Assembly (NCBI RefSeq): GCF_018350175.1
Contig: NC_058370.1
Span: forward strand, 137,206,001-137,270,000
Direction: 5' to 3'
Source of the DNA: Felis catus
Taxonomy: Eukaryota
Length of the DNA stretch: 64,000 nucleotides
Below the pieces are notes generated by a model, which was given only the letters and a program-made list of their open reading frames with translations, was not told the origin of the DNA and ran no database searches. Position 1 is the stretch's first letter. Each line of letters begins with the position of its first letter. The position numbers and the translations under genes were made by a program. Of this stretch, positions 25,008-39,135 are shown one piece after another.

Positions 25008-25700
25008 TGAATAAACACAACTGTAGCTTGCAGAAATTTTCTGATGTCCTGGGCAAAAGGGTCACTGAGTTAATCCATTAGGCAGCAGAACTCGTGTTGG
25101 TGACAATAATCTGTAGTTGGGGGAAAAAAAAAAAGATTTTCTTTTATGACAGCAGCCTGTGCCCTGTGTCCTTGTCAAAATATGATGCAACCCGATTTGA
25201 CTTATGTATTTATCAGGTTTTTGTTTCACTTAAAAATATAGAAAGGGTACTCCGTTTTTTGGAGTGAAGAGATTTTAAGCCCATCTTAAGGATCTGGTGT
25301 TTTAAAAGGCACTTCTTAATGTACGCACAAGGATCTCTCTGAAGGTAACCTGAATGTACTTGAGTCGATGCCTCGCATGCAGTGCAACTTAAGTCAGGGC
25401 GTGTGTGTGTGAAAGTCATTTGCTGTTTACATCCAAAAGAAGATTATTAAGAAGAAGCTGCCACGGTTTAAAATACCGAGGCATGACATCACAGTTGAGA
25501 CCTCAGTGCGTAGCAGGGGGGAAAAGTCATTGACTGAAATACTCCCCTCTAAGGTATTTTACATTTATAAATACTGTGACCAGGTTTAAATTGAGATGAG
25601 AGTTTCCATCGTCTGCTACGATATAGTTATCTCCTAGGACACCTGACGTGCTTCATGCTGAGGCGGAGTGCACTCATGGTTTACACGGCATATTTCTCTC

Positions 25701-25910
25701 TCTTTTTTTTAATAAGTTTATTTATTTTTTTGGGGGGGGGGAGCACAAGCGGGGGAGGAGCAGAGACAGAGGGAGAGAGCGAATCCCAAGCAGGCTCCGG
25801 GCCGTCAGCGCAGAGCCTGACGAGGGGCTCGGACTCACGAGCCGTGAGATCAGGACCTGAGTCGAAATCAAGAGTCAGATGCTCCACTGACCGGGCCCCC
25901 CAGGTGGCCC
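25701..25910 (-). mobile_element. CAN-SINE (older)
   Basis: reverse SINEC; TSD acacggcatatttctct / acactgaatatttctct. Confidence 0.9.
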
Positions 25911-26563
25911 ACACTGAATATTTCTCTTTACCTAGCTGCCCCTAACCGTTGCCACCAGACTGAAGTGCTCAGGAGACCAGCTCTCCCGGGAGAGTCACAC
26001 GGTAGGTCTGCCACCCCAGACCTCCCACATTAGAATGTGCAACAGCCACAGACGGCCCTGGACACAAGGAGAAATCCCCAACTGTTTCCACTTCGTCCAC
26101 AATGTCATTGAGGGTTTGGGATGGATCCGTCTGAGAAAAGGATGGTCAATTTGAGAAGGAGCCAAGGAAACGTGCTATGGGGTACTTGGTGCAAAATTTA
26201 GTGGTCGCCTGTAATCAAATTCTTAAGCTTCTTTACCAAGGATCCAAATTACTTTGGCTGTACGTTGTTTTTTAGGGAAAATGTGCATCTCTTATTTCCA
26301 CGTGCAAATTGCTTTTTGAAAGAGGACAGCCTCGAATATTAATTAAGTGCAAATCAGAGTGAAGTTCGCTGCATGATCCCTAATAATTCTGTGGGATGAT
26401 GGAGTCTGCGAGCTAGGACGTGTGCAACATGCCGTCTGAAGCAGCACCGATTTCCTGTCAGGTGATGACACATCACCGCGTGATACGGGAAACCCAGAGC
26501 CCAGTAAAGTCAGTAGATAAATCTTTTTGAAGAGGGTTCCCGTCATCAAACTATAAATTTTCA

Positions 26564-26774
26564 GGGGTGCCTGGGTGGCTCAGTCGGTTGAGCATCCGAC
26601 TTCAGCTAGGTTCATGATCTCGCGGTTCCTGAGCTCGAGCCCCGCGTCGGGCTCTGTGCTGATGGCTCGAAGCCCAGAGCCCACTTCGGATTCTGCGTCT
26701 CCCTCTCTCTCTGCCTCTCCTTGGCTCGCACTCCGTCTCTCTCTCAAAAGTAAATAAATGTTAAGAAAACATTC
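26564..26774 (+). mobile_element. CAN-SINE
   Basis: SINEC consensus match with tail. Confidence 0.93.
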
Positions 26775-27917
26775 AAAATATATGTTTTCAAAAGGATGAA
26801 TTCAAACCCGGAAGATGCTGCAAAGGGCATAGTCATCTTCTGCCATGTTGAAACATGAGGAAAATTTGACTCAGATATCATTCTTTGGGTCAGAAGGCCC
26901 AGGGGCTTTTTTGTTTTGTTTTTTTCCCCAAAAGGACTCTGTGTTGTTTATATGGAGAGGGGATGTCACGCTCCCATGGCCCTGATCCCTCTCACACCAC
27001 ATGCCAACCAGGTCTCCTCTGTCCATGCAAAGCCCGTGCCTCCCGGAGCCCCATGTTGGCTGCGCGGGGGCGGAAAGCAGACTCTGGAGATCACACCTGG
27101 TACGTGAGAAAGATGGTGAACAAGTCAACGTCAAGTGCATGATCCGTACACACAAATCATGATGAATGCCAGGGAGGAAAACACCAGCTTCAATCATATT
27201 GTTGATTAGCCAAATGTTGAGAGTAAACATGCCTTCACAGGTGGGGGGCCCATAGGAGGTAACCTACTGAATTCTATAGATAGGTGTTGGTATCGATCCA
27301 CAAGCCAAACTATCATTTTCTTTATTTGATTTTATTTTTTCAGTAACACTTCTTCGTGTCCCCTTGGAGCCCCATCTTGGTGTTCTGGAAATACTATTGT
27401 CAGATCCTGTCTTCTTTCCTGGTTTGGGCAGCGAACCTCTGCTGCTCTGTGGCCAGCTGTCCATGCAGATTACCAGTAAGAAGTTCAGCTCTGGTCTACA
27501 CGGTGTCAGAGGAAGCATAAGAACCAAGGGTTCTATCCCTCTCCACGTGGACAGACCCCTCAACTTATCAGAGCTGTTGGCAGGGCGTGCAGGAGGAGAC
27601 AGACCCTTGGTTCTGATCTCCGGCTTGTCTGAATGGTTGATGGGTTGCAGAGCGGGGAGGGGTGCTTAGGCTCCAAGCAGGAAGCCAGAGAAGGTAGCGT
27701 TTGTTATCTTAGACTCCTCAAAGGGAATTTACTGTCAGTTCACAAACCTTCTCCCACCTGAACAGGAAGATTTGGTGGGGGAGGAAAGGATGAAATAATT
27801 GAAGGGGAAAGGGAATGGCGAGAGACTTGGGCCAAGGACCCTATCCACAGCATTGGCCACATTTGAATCCAAGCCTTGGCTACATATTGGAATCACTGGG
27901 GGAGGAAAGAAAGAGGA

Positions 27918-28228
27918 NNNNNNNNNNNNNNNNNNNNNNNNNNNNNNNNNNNNNNNNNNNNNNNNNNNNNNNNNNNNNNNNNNNNNNNNNNNNNNNNNNN
28001 NNNNNNNNNNNNNNNNNNNNNNNNNNNNNNNNNNNNNNNNNNNNNNNNNNNNNNNNNNNNNNNNNNNNNNNNNNNNNNNNNNNNNNNNNNNNNNNNNNNN
28101 NNNNNNNNNNNNNNNNNNNNNNNNNNNNNNNNNNNNNNNNNNNNNNNNNNNNNNNNNNNNNNNNNNNNNNNNNNNNNNNNNNNNNNNNNNNNNNNNNNNN
28201 NNNNNNNNNNNNNNNNNNNNNNNNNNNN
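27918..28228. other. assembly gap (311 N)
   Basis: N run between purine-rich flanks. Confidence 1.
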
Positions 28229-28911
28229 ACGACTGGAAGAAAGGAAAAATGAAGGAAGAAAATAAAGAAAGCAGAAGCCCAACAGAACTTGTGCTCTACC
28301 CCAGACCAAGCAAATGAGGATATCCATCCAGGATTATAGGTATCCTTCACATAGCTAGAGTTAGAGGGTACATACCTGAGTTAAAAAGTACATCGCTGGG
28401 GTGTGGAGACACATTTACCAAGTCAAGAATGAGGATGCGATGATATTTTCCGGGTTTACATTTGGAATCCTCAGGCAGCCCAGGGAGAACGAACCAGGAA
28501 CAGGAACTGTACCACCTGACAACTGGTATTTGAGGCTAAAATAAGGCCGTAGCAGCAATAAAACAGGAACAGTTTAAGAAGCTCCTCTCCAGCAGTCATT
28601 AAGACCTGTGGCACGAACTCTGAAGTTAGGGGCAGGGAGGGGACCGGCCACCTCTGATGGGCCCTTGGAAGTGAGTAGTGTCCCTCCATGAGATGGGGCG
28701 CTCTGATCCTCTCATGCCCTAAAGGAAAGGGAAGTTTGCGGAAGTGGAAATGTATTCGGTTGGACCACGCGGTGTCTGTGGCACGTACCAGATCCAGAAG
28801 TTAAGAGAAATCTGGAATGGCGAGAGCCAGGGGTCATTCTGTGAAAAGATGATGGTTAAAGATCCAGAAATGGATAGGACCATTTGGCCTCCACTTAAAA
28901 ATGGAAGAACA

Positions 28912-29134
28912 GGGGCGCCTGGGTGGCGCAGTCGGTTAGGCGTCCGACTTCAGCCAGGTCACGATCTCGCGGTCCGTGAGTTCGAGCCCCGCGTCGGGCT
29001 CTGGGCTGATGGCTCAGAGCCTGGAGCCTGCTTCCGATTCTGTGTCTCCCTCTCTCTCTGCCCCTCCCCTGTTCATGCTCTGTCTCTCTCTTTCCCAAAA
29101 ATAAATAAAAACGTTGAAAAAAAAATTAAAAAAA
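28912..29134 (+). mobile_element. young SINEC_Fc
   Basis: young diagnostic motifs; perfect TSD aaaaatggaagaaca at a TT|AAAA L1-endonuclease site. Confidence 0.96.
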
Positions 29135-30299
29135 AAAAATGGAAGAACAAAGACTGTGCTCCAAGGCACGGGGACACCTTTGTTGACATGATGGCAGGGG
29201 CAGAGGATCACAATAGAATTGTAAGTGGCCCACATCGTGAGCACCAGCATCATTTTATGATTTAAACACATGCACTTGGAATAATGAGTCCATCCGATGA
29301 GAAAGGAAGGGGAGTTTTGTTTTTTTTTTTTACTTTGAAATAACTAGACGGCTAATTCCAAATTTCATTCGTACTGACTCCCTTTCCTCACATTCACGTG
29401 TCTGTAGGACCAAAGAAAGAACTCAGAGTGAGATTGCACTTTTGTGCTCCATGAGTAACTGACTCTCTTCAGTGATTAAATATCCCCATGACATATGTGT
29501 TTCTCTGAGCTTTAGCATAAAGAACATAAGCTCATTTATTAAAGCCTCCTTACAACCACAACCCAGAACCAACGGTTAGTAACACTGGAGCGAAGGCCAG
29601 AACGGACGTGCTGTCCAAACCAAGTGTCCGGAGCTGGCTTGAAATCCCCCAGGAGCTCAGGACTCGACACCATGCGGGGGTTAAGAGTGAAGGGGTGGGG
29701 GGCTGGGGAGGGGGTTATTGGAAACAAAATGAGGGCAGGAGAAGGGTTCTCTGTGATAGGTTTTCCAGACTGGTTAGTTATATAAGACGCTCATCTTTAG
29801 AAGAGTCATCGTGGAAAATGCATTTTAATTATCCATTTACATTCTTACAGTTTTCACTCATTCACTGCATTTTTTTTAATGCCTTCCTGCAGTGTACGTA
29901 CATCTGAACTAGGCTGAGTAGACCGGAGAAAAATGGCCAAGACCCATACCTGTCATTCAAGACCTTATCTAATATTTGAATGTTTCAACTTTCACACCAA
30001 CTTACACAGTAATCTCTACTCTGTTCCTTAGGAGTTACTGCATACTAAAACCTAACCTTTTCTTACTTTTACCCTAATACGTATGTCTAACATCTTATTC
30101 GCTATTCTTTATCTTGAATCTGTTTTGTTTCAAAGTCCAGACAAGTAAACTCTGTGTGTGGATGGATTCAGTAGCCAAATTCTAAACTTCAACTGGAGAA
30201 GATCAGGTAGAATTTACCTTCTTCTGTTTTTTTCTTACTCCACCATAGGCAGTGTTTTGCTACATTTTTCTTGGACTGATTTTAAAAAGATTTTTATGT

Positions 30300-30721
30300 T
30301 AAAATATAAAGTTTGTTGAAATAAGTATAAAAATAAGCATTAAAATACTTCTTATATAACCTCTAAGCTCAGTGATTTTTTTTTAATAAATGCTGATGCG
30401 TATGCCTCTCAGTTGTTCTATTTGTATGCATATAAGCTATTTCCCCCAAAGCGATTACAACGTAGGTACAAAATAGCATCCTTCTTTTCAAACCTATCAC
30501 AGGCAATCTCCCAGAGCAATAGGTATTTTTCCGCATTAAGATGAATGTCTGTGTAACAGTCCATATTATCACATGTGTTACCTATTTTCCTTCAGAATGT
30601 TTAGAATAGTTTCCTCCTTGTCACTCTCACGAACAATACTGGATTAAAAATTGGGGGCATATGTCCTTACTTAAATATCTTTCTATTTCCGCAGGATAAG
30701 AAGATTGCTGAGTTAGAAAGG
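30300..30721 (-). mobile_element. degenerate L1ME-like fragment
   Basis: antisense old-L1-like motifs ending gattgctgagttagaaagggta. Confidence 0.4.
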
Positions 30722-31131
30722 GTAGTCAGTTGAATAGTGTCCCCAAAGCTTCATGTTCACCTGGAAGCTCAGAATGTCATCTTACTTGGAAATCGCACCT
30801 TTGCTGCTATAGTTAAGTTAGAGACCTCAAAGTGAGACCACGGCGAATTTAGGGTGAACTGTAACCCCAGTGGCCAGCATCGTTGTATGCGGAGAAGACC
30901 AGAGAGCAGGGAAGATGCCTTGTGAGGCGGAGATTGGAGGATAGGACCACCAGCCGAGGACACCTGCAGCCTGTGGGGGCTGGAAGTTGGGGAAGGGCTC
31001 TCCCCAGAGCATCCAGAGGGAGCACGGCCCTGCTGACCTTTGATTTTGGACTTCTGTCTTCTGGAACTGTGAAGGAGTAAATCTGAGTTGTCCTCAGCCA
31101 TCAAGTTTCTGGTGATTAGGGAAAATGATAC
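30722..31131 (+). mobile_element. ERVL-MaLR solo LTR (MLT1C-like)
   Basis: ttgaatagtgtcccc...cagaatgtcatcttacttggaaat...gagggagcacggccctgctgacctttgattttggacttct. Confidence 0.85.
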
Positions 31132-31605
31132 TGGAAGAATGATTTTTTTCCCCTAGGGTTTTGAGCTAATATGTCTATTATGTTTTTAGAAAAATTGTAC
31201 CTGTGATTTCTGCTGTGATTAAAAACTATTGTTTACCACCTAAACAAGAAACCGAGTTTCATGCTGCAATGAATCTTCTACCTCGTGTTTGCATCTAAGG
31301 GGGGACTCACGTGAGGGACAGAATAGACGAATTCTAATGTTAGGGCATGGACCACAGTGCTAAAATAGTCACTGGATATTTATTAAATCTTACTCTTTAG
31401 GCATGGGTGGGTGAAAGCATACATGATAAAGAATCTGCCTATAGTAATACATAAATTAATAACTAGATAATAAAGTATACAGGGGGGAAAACAGAACCCC
31501 CCCTCCAGAATCGCCCTTCCTCTAACTGGGGAAGAAGCGGGGGGAGATACAAAATGCTATTAACAGTGCTACCTTGATAACTTTCAAGCCTATCTCTCAG
31601 CTTCT

Positions 31606-31822
31606 TTATTTTTAAATTTTTTTAATGTTTATTTTTGAGAGAGAGACAAAGCATAAGAGGGGGAGGGGTGGAGAGAGAGACAGGGAGACACGGAATCCGA
31701 AGCAGGCTCCAGGCTCCCAGCGGTCAACACAGAACCCGACGCAGGGCTCGAACTCACGAACCATGAGATGATGCCCTGAGCCCAAGTTGGACCCTCAGCT
31801 TACTGAGCTACCCGGGCGCCCC
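31606..31822 (-). mobile_element. CAN-SINE
   Basis: reverse SINEC; TSD tatctctcagcttct / tgtctctaagcttct. Confidence 0.93.
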
Positions 31823-31837
31823 TGTCTCTAAGCTTCT

Positions 31838-32095
31838 GATGCCCCCGTGGAGATCTCCAGCCCAGACTTCTCCCCTGGGTTCTGCATCCACATATCTCCC
31901 ATACACCTGGTTTCCCGCTCGGCTAATGATGAGCTCAGACTCAGTGCCACGTCCACGGAACTCATCATCTCCCCCAACTCATCTCACCTGCACCCTTTGC
32001 GCTGTCTGGTGAAGGCAACTCGATTGCTCCAGTGGGCTTAGACCAAGAGCAAACTTTAGAGTCATTCTTCGTCCCTCTCTGTCTTTCCATATTAA
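31838..32095 (+). mobile_element. L2 fragment
   Basis: atctccagcccagacttctcccctg...gaactcatcatctccccc...gagtcattctt. Confidence 0.7.
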
Positions 32096-32315
32096 CCTCT
32101 CAGGGTGTGTTGCTGTTGCTGATGTCCAAGTATGTCCGGAACTGAACCTCTGCTGTGGACACCACGGTTCGGGCCACCACCCGTCTCTGTCAGGTACCGT
32201 GGTACTGTTCTGATTCCCTGCTTCTCCATCAGTCCTGTGGCTGTGTGCGCACACACACACACACACGTGTCTGTGTGTGTATGTCTGTGCCTTATGCTTT
32301 CTGTTCAAGCTTTTA

Positions 32316-32341
32316 TTTCAGTTAAGTTTTTGTTTATTTAT

Positions 32342-32394
<53 letters not shown>

Positions 32395-32559
32395 GTATGA
32401 GGAGGAAGAGGCAGAGAGAGAAGGAGAGAGAATCACAAGCAGGCTCCATGCTGTCAGCTTGGAGCCCCATGCAGGGCTCCAACTCATGAACCTTGAGATC
32501 ATGACCTGAGCAGAAACTAAGAGTTGGACACTTAACTGACCGAGCCGCCCAGGCGCCCC
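32316..32559 (-). mobile_element. CAN-SINE with long (GA)n
   Basis: reverse SINEC; TSD tgttcaagctttta. Confidence 0.93.
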
Positions 32560-35500
32560 TGTGTTCAAGCTTTTAATAACATCCCCACATCTGATCTGCC
32601 AGTTTTCCTTCTCTCCTGATGTCAGGTTGTTGTGATGTCTGTATCACAGAGGAGGGGTACCCCTGTCTTGTCTTTCCGGCTTCCACTTCCTCCCATTAGC
32701 TGTCCTCCGAACTGAAATGTGGTAAGGATTGTCCCCTGCCCCAAGGAGACATCAACAGTCGTTAGCCCCGTGTATACCTGGACCAGATCTAAAGATGTGT
32801 CCTGGGAAAATAATTAGGGATAAATTCGAGGACAAATAAGGATTTTGAACATAAATATCTCCCGGTGGATAATTTCTTAAACTACAGCAAGTTGCAAATG
32901 AATAATGAAATACTTTTAAAATAGTTAAACATGAGAACATAGGAAATTATTTAATAAAATGAGAAACAGTGTGGGATTATTCATTTTGTCTTGTATAATA
33001 GGAACACTCTGGCCCACTAAAATGGGACCATTCAATGATCTTTGCATAAATCATGTCATACTTCTTTGTAAGTTTAAATTTTAGGCATCTTTAAAGCAGA
33101 GGGGGACATTTAGGATTCTGAAGACATTTGAGTGCCCGCCCATATTAAACTTGGAATTTTCCTCCACCCTTTAGAGACGCCTTGTCTACACAGTTTTTGA
33201 ACAGGGATCTCCCTCCTCCCCTCCCTCCTCCCGGCCCACCTGTGCCTTATTCCTCTTTTTTCCATCTGTTTTCAAGTCATGTGAATGGAATTATGAACTC
33301 TAACGTTTGACTTAGTTTTCATATTTCATCAAATAGCAAATACTTCGTGGAATTGTACAATTACAATGGCAATGTGAATGCCACACAAAACTGGCGACAA
33401 GTGAGACGGATTGCGGGCAGCCTGAACACCCAGAGGGGGCCAAATGCACATTCACCCCCATGAGAAGCTACATGGTTTTTGTGGGAGCGACCCCATATTT
33501 GTGCAGGGAAACGGACACAGAACAGACCCCCGGGTCCCCTTAGCAGGCCAACAGGCTTTGGATAACAACACGTCATGTGACGGTCAGCAGGTGTAGTTTC
33601 TTTATTGAAGGAGGACAGAGACTTGCAGAGGGTTCAAGGAGCTGGATTGAACTGCGGGGTGCCCTCACGCTCCCGGCTGGAGGTGTAGAGCTGGGTGGGA
33701 CCCCAGCACTTGTGGCCTGAAGTGAAACCCAGGAGGCCTGACTCTTCTGGGACCTGGATTCTATCCGCTGCTCCCCAGGAATAAGCGATGGGTTTCTGAT
33801 GGCCATTCTGGGGCTGAATGAAGCCAGTGGCGCCGTGACCCCGAGCTCCAAGCCCCTCTGAAGGGCGTCTCTACACACTGTTCACCCTCTGAGCCGAGTG
33901 AATGAATGACCTCTTGCCCGTATGCCTTTTCCAAGTTTTATCAACGAAGAAGGCCCCCTTCACAACATGGGTGGGTGTCGTGGCTTTTTCCAATGTCCGA
34001 TGGGACCCTCCTCGGTCACTCAGCTGACAGAGAAGAGGCTGTGTCTGGCTTCTGTCCCTTGGCTCTCAGAGCATCAAGTGAGTGCAGAGTTAGGGGGGCT
34101 TGCACGCAAGCGCAGGCCTTGCCCCAGTGCGGAGGGGCACAACACAAGCTGGGGGGGGGGGAGGAGAAAGCCCACAGAGGTCGGGTGGGCAGGGAGTGAC
34201 TCTGCCGGGGGCCCTGAGGGATCGGGGCCCCTGGGCTCTGCTCCTAGCTCTGCAATTCAGCTTGCTGTGACTTAAGCAAGGCACTTAATGGACCACCTTA
34301 AAGTCCTCACAGGCGACTAGGCTATTTCCCACCCAAACACTTAGAGGCCTCAAGGAAATGGCTCAAGGCCTGGTTTTGCCAATAATCACCTCAGGCTGAT
34401 GATAAATCACAACCAAGGCGCACAGGGCTCTCCCTCCTGGGAGATCAAAAGGAGGAATGCTTTGAAATGCAAGCTCCCCAGGAGGGAGGGCCGCCCCATC
34501 CCCTTGCCTCAGGTAAGATTTCTGTTCAGAACTTTCTGCTTCTACAGCCTCCCTTCTGAGGAAGGGGTGCTCCTAGGACTAGGGTGAAAAGTAAAAGCAA
34601 GAGACTGGGACATGAAGGGAGGGCTGGTGACCCACGCCTGGGTTGGACAGTTTTACAGCCTTCATCCAGAGAAGAAACCTGAGCCCACGTGTTGACTGAT
34701 TTTTCCAAACTCACCTTTGGGTGCCCTCAGACCTCGGGTTCCTGGGGTCTTCGATGATAATCTAAATTTGGTCTTGGCGTTCCCATATTGAAGTCGTGGA
34801 ACAATGTCTTCCCCCTGCCTCTCCCAGCTCCTCTGGGAGCCAGAGTTTTCCAAGAGCCGCATCATGGTCTCTAAGTGATTATTCAGTCCCGAGAAGGGTG
34901 TGCGGTGTGAAAAGTCCACAGAAAACAAATCACAAATCACCGACAGGCAGGTCTCTTCAAAAGGTCAAGCCTCTCACACACAAAAGGTTTCCAGTGATGA
35001 GTCAGGGAGAGACTTGTGAGAGAAGTGTTAACATCAAGTCCTTGTTCAGCAGAAGGCCAATTTATTCATACGAGCCTTTCTCTTCCTGAAAACGGAGGTG
35101 GCTTTACGTATGATCGCATGATTTCTCACCTCCGCACGTCCGGGGTTTTTAGCAGGTTTTCTATGTATTTTGCAAGATGGTAAATTGAGACAGGAGGTTA
35201 AGTAACATAGAAACTTCAAATTTAGAATGGCTACACCTTTTCCTGGCAGTGAGGAAAGCGCTAAGTGTCTCAAAAGCCAGAACTCTTTCTAAACAGTAGA
35301 CGCCCGGGGCCGGGGTCTGGGGATTCGTGCCCGGGACCTCGGGAGATACGCGTGGCCCAGGTCCTTTTGGCCTTGGTTTAGAGCCCCCCCACCCCCGCGC
35401 TGTCCACATTGCCTGTACGGTTCCTTTGAAGTGTGGAGTAGGTGGGAACTAGATCAGAACACAAAATCTGGCCTTGGGACCACGATCCCCCAAATTCTGT

Positions 35501-35741
35501 CTTCAAATGCGCCTTGGTTGCCGACATGTCAGTGTATTCTGAAAACAGAAGGTACGAGATGCCGGCACTTGTGAGGACACGCACACCTGAGAGAGAGCAG
35601 GGCAGCCTTCGGGCAATGAGGGAGCCCCTGACCTCCTGGGCCTGGGACCAGTGGCCCCCCCCGCCATCTGACCTTAGAACCTCTTACGTGGAGGATGACC
35701 ACAGCAGCAGGGCCTTCGCGGTGCCAGACGTTTCCTCGTTC

Positions 35742-36108
35742 TGTTATGGACTGAGCGTTCGTGGCCCCCCAGATTCATGGGGTGCGGCCCTAACTCCCAA
35801 TGGGGATAGTTTTTGGAAGTGGGCGTTTGGGAGGTGATTGGGTTGAGAGGAGGTCATGAGGGCGGGGCTCCGGGATGGGGTCAGGGCCCCTCCGTACGAA
35901 GATACCAGATTTCCCTTTCCCTCTCTCCTCCATGTGAGGGCTCAGCCAGAAGGCGGCCCTCCGGAAGCCGGGAAGAGGCTCTCACAGAACGAGGCCACGC
36001 TGACACCTGATCTTGGACTTCTAGCTTCCAGAAGGGGGAGAGATAAACGTCTGTTGCCGAAGTTCCTTCTCTGGCTCTTTGTTACGGCGGCCCGAGCTGA
36101 GCCAGACG
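35742..36108 (+). mobile_element. ERVL-MaLR solo LTR (MLT1A-like)
   Basis: tgttatggactgag...tttgggaggtgattgggttg...atcttggacttctagcttccagaa...gagctgagccagac. Confidence 0.85.
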
Positions 36109-36861
36109 CTGTCCTCAGTCACCGGGATCTGTTTCTAGTTTTTGCGGGTCGCCATAGCCACGATCACCACTGATGCCAGCACCAGTCAGCTCAAAGCCCT
36201 TTCCCGTGTTTGCCACAATGAAGGGTTCCCCTAAATATGCCGCTTTAGTGTCTTTCTGTAGGGCTTATTCTTGACTGCCGTAGCCCATAGGAGCTGAGAC
36301 ATTCACCAAGGACGGTCAAGTTGCCTGGCCTTACCGTGAATCCACTGTGACCTCACCGTGCGCTGAGCCCTCTGGTTTCCTTGAGTCAACGCTGCGAAGC
36401 CGGATGGAAGGAAGTTGCCTTCTCCTCCAGACTTGACTTCTCTCAATACAGTCCTTCGTCACTTAGGATACCTTTTTTTAAACCAGTGGAACAGGAATCG
36501 CTTTAACATTTAAGCCTTCAGAAGGCTTTCCTCCCCTTCACGGAGACAGAAAATGAGCTCATCCATTCAAGAGTTTTTCTTTAAAAAGGAGGGATGTGCC
36601 AAGGCTGGTCTTTTTCTTGGGCTCTGTTGTAAGGTAATGCATTTTGGATCAATGGCTGTTGGTTCATGATTAGCCATTGGTATTCCCCATTAAAAGAAAA
36701 TTAGACTGTCACCCAGAAAATAATACTTGAACCATGTTTCAATTTCCAAGAAATCTACAACAGGGGCAGAATATTAATCAGATTGCGCTTTGGGGAGCTG
36801 AGGCTAAAGTTATAAATATTTCCTCAGGATGTATGATATAAGGCAATTCGGTTACTGATGA

Positions 36862-37001
36862 NNNNNNNNNNNNNNNNNNNNNNNNNNNNNNNNNNNNNNN
36901 NNNNNNNNNNNNNNNNNNNNNNNNNNNNNNNNNNNNNNNNNNNNNNNNNNNNNNNNNNNNNNNNNNNNNNNNNNNNNNNNNNNNNNNNNNNNNNNNNNNN
37001 N
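36862..37001. other. assembly gap (140 N)
   Basis: N run. Confidence 1.
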
Positions 37002-37510
37002 TGTAAATTCAGGCTTTGGGGGTAAAGAGATGCTGACTGTATACAAATCCTGCTTGACCATTAATTCACTGTTCGTTATCCCTTCTGGAGTTGAAGAGAC
37101 TTGGGGCTACAGTCCTCACTGCCATGGGGTCCCCCATCCCAGGCACAGCAGCTTCTGGCCAGGATGCAGGGACTGGGATAAGACCAGATGCCACTCGCCG
37201 GGGGACACAGGCTCTCAGGCTACGATGGGTAGGTGTGAGGTTGGGTGTCCAGAATGGAGCCAGATGGGAGCAGGGGCGATGACGAGCCTTTGTCAAAGTC
37301 CAGCACACGACGGGTCCTTGTGTGCTATGTTAGGACTACCAACCCATGTGACCTCTAGCGTCTCCTAATTCGGGTGGCATTACTTGTCTCTTACTAACAC
37401 AAGTTCAGAGAGATTAACTAACGGAAAGAGACTTGCACAGTTAGTAAGACGCAATAGAATAGTTTAGTTTGTAGTTGAAACCTATGGGGAAGACAAAGAC
37501 TCTTTCTTTC

Positions 37511-37584
37511 TTTTTTATTTTAATTTAATTTAACTTAATTTTATTTTATTTTATTTTATTTTATTTTATTTTATTTTATTTTTT
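37511..37584. repeat. (TTTTA)n microsatellite
   Basis: directly visible. Confidence 0.9.
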
Positions 37585-38828
37585 GCCTTTTAATGATAAA
37601 CGTTGCATCGCCAGCTATGTAAGAGCACAGATTTCATTAATAGCATAGATTCTTATATAACACCTATACGGTGGCCCTATCTTCTAGAAAACTCCTAGAA
37701 AACATCGTTTGTTTGTTTGTTGTTTTATTTTTTAAGTAGGTTAGATAGGACCTCTTGGCAAGTGTGGACGATGTGTGGGGGTGTGGGGGTGGCGGGGGGG
37801 ATAGGAACAACATATGTCCCAGACTCAAGACAGTGTTTTGAACAGAGCCCTCCAGGTGTGTAATCCCTCAGTGCCTGCACCATAGAACAAAAAGACGGTG
37901 ATGCACCTTGGAGATACGCAGTAATTCGCCGTATTTTTTGCTGAAATGGATCCATCCTTTGCGTGTTAAAATAGCAAATTGCCTGCCATGTAATATCTAG
38001 TCAGTTTCCAGAGCAGAATAAGAAAGTGAGATGTCAAAAGTCTTGTCTGCTATTTACATAATTACCAGATTAAGTAGGAATTGTGTAAATGCAAATGAGG
38101 TGCAGGTGCCTGCCACGTGGAGATTGCCCAAATTATACCCGGTGCGTCTAGAAAAATTATTCCTTTCGTGTCATCTCACTGGCATAAAGGTTCAGAGTTT
38201 GAGAAACTAGCTTCTGGAGGTACAGCCATTGTAGCTGAGAGCGAGCAGACCAACACGCCGGGTCCCAGTCTTGGCATCCCCGGAAGGTCCGCTTTGTTGA
38301 GGACCCGATGGGATTGCGCCTCGATGGTGAGGCTTTTGTTCCTTCTGCCTGGGCGGAGACATTGCACTGTGTCCAGGCAATATATTTTTAATTACATTTA
38401 ACGAGTAAATCTTGAATTGTTCAGTCATTAATTTCTATTACATCTAAATTAAGCTCTTTCGTTCTAACTCATCCTACAGGCAGCAAATGTAAAACTCTAG
38501 TATCTCACACGCGTTGGTAAAAAGGTGACAAAAAAAGGCACATCTACGCCTTATGGTGTAAGTCTTTGAACATGACGCAAACATTCAAAGCACTGTCTCC
38601 TGGTCAAACACTGCTTTGTTTCCACATCGGATGGACCTGTTGTGGAACTTACGTTGCATATGTCACCATTCAGCTAACATTAGAAGTAGGGAGACAAAAT
38701 TGTACTCATCAATCTCAGGTTTCCTTGGATACTCATACTTTTAGATGCTATATTTATTTTCAAAACAGTAGCTCATTGAAGACACAACCGAAGGTCATCG
38801 GCTACCAGCATTCTTGCGAGTTTTTCTT

Positions 38829-39044
38829 TAAATTTTTTTTTAATGTTTATTTATTTTTGAGACAGAGAGAGACAGAGCATGAACGGGGGAGGGGCAGAGA
38901 GAGAGGGAGACACAGAATCGGAAGCAGGCTCCAGGCTCTGAGCTGTCAGCACAGAGCCCGACGCGGGGCTCGAACTCACGGACCATGAGATCATGACCTG
39001 AGCCGAAGTCGGATGCTTAACCAACTGAGCCACCCAGGAGCCCC
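38829..39044 (-). mobile_element. CAN-SINE
   Basis: reverse SINEC; TSD ttgcgagtttttctt / ttgagagtttttctt. Confidence 0.94.
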
Positions 39045-39094
39045 AATTGAGAGTTTTTCTTAAACGAGAACTTGGTTTAAATGGGGGCTACAAA

Positions 39095-39135
39095 TAATAA
39101 AATAAAATAAAATAAAATAAAATAAAATAAAATAA
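39095..39135. repeat. (TAAAA)n microsatellite
   Basis: directly visible. Confidence 0.9.
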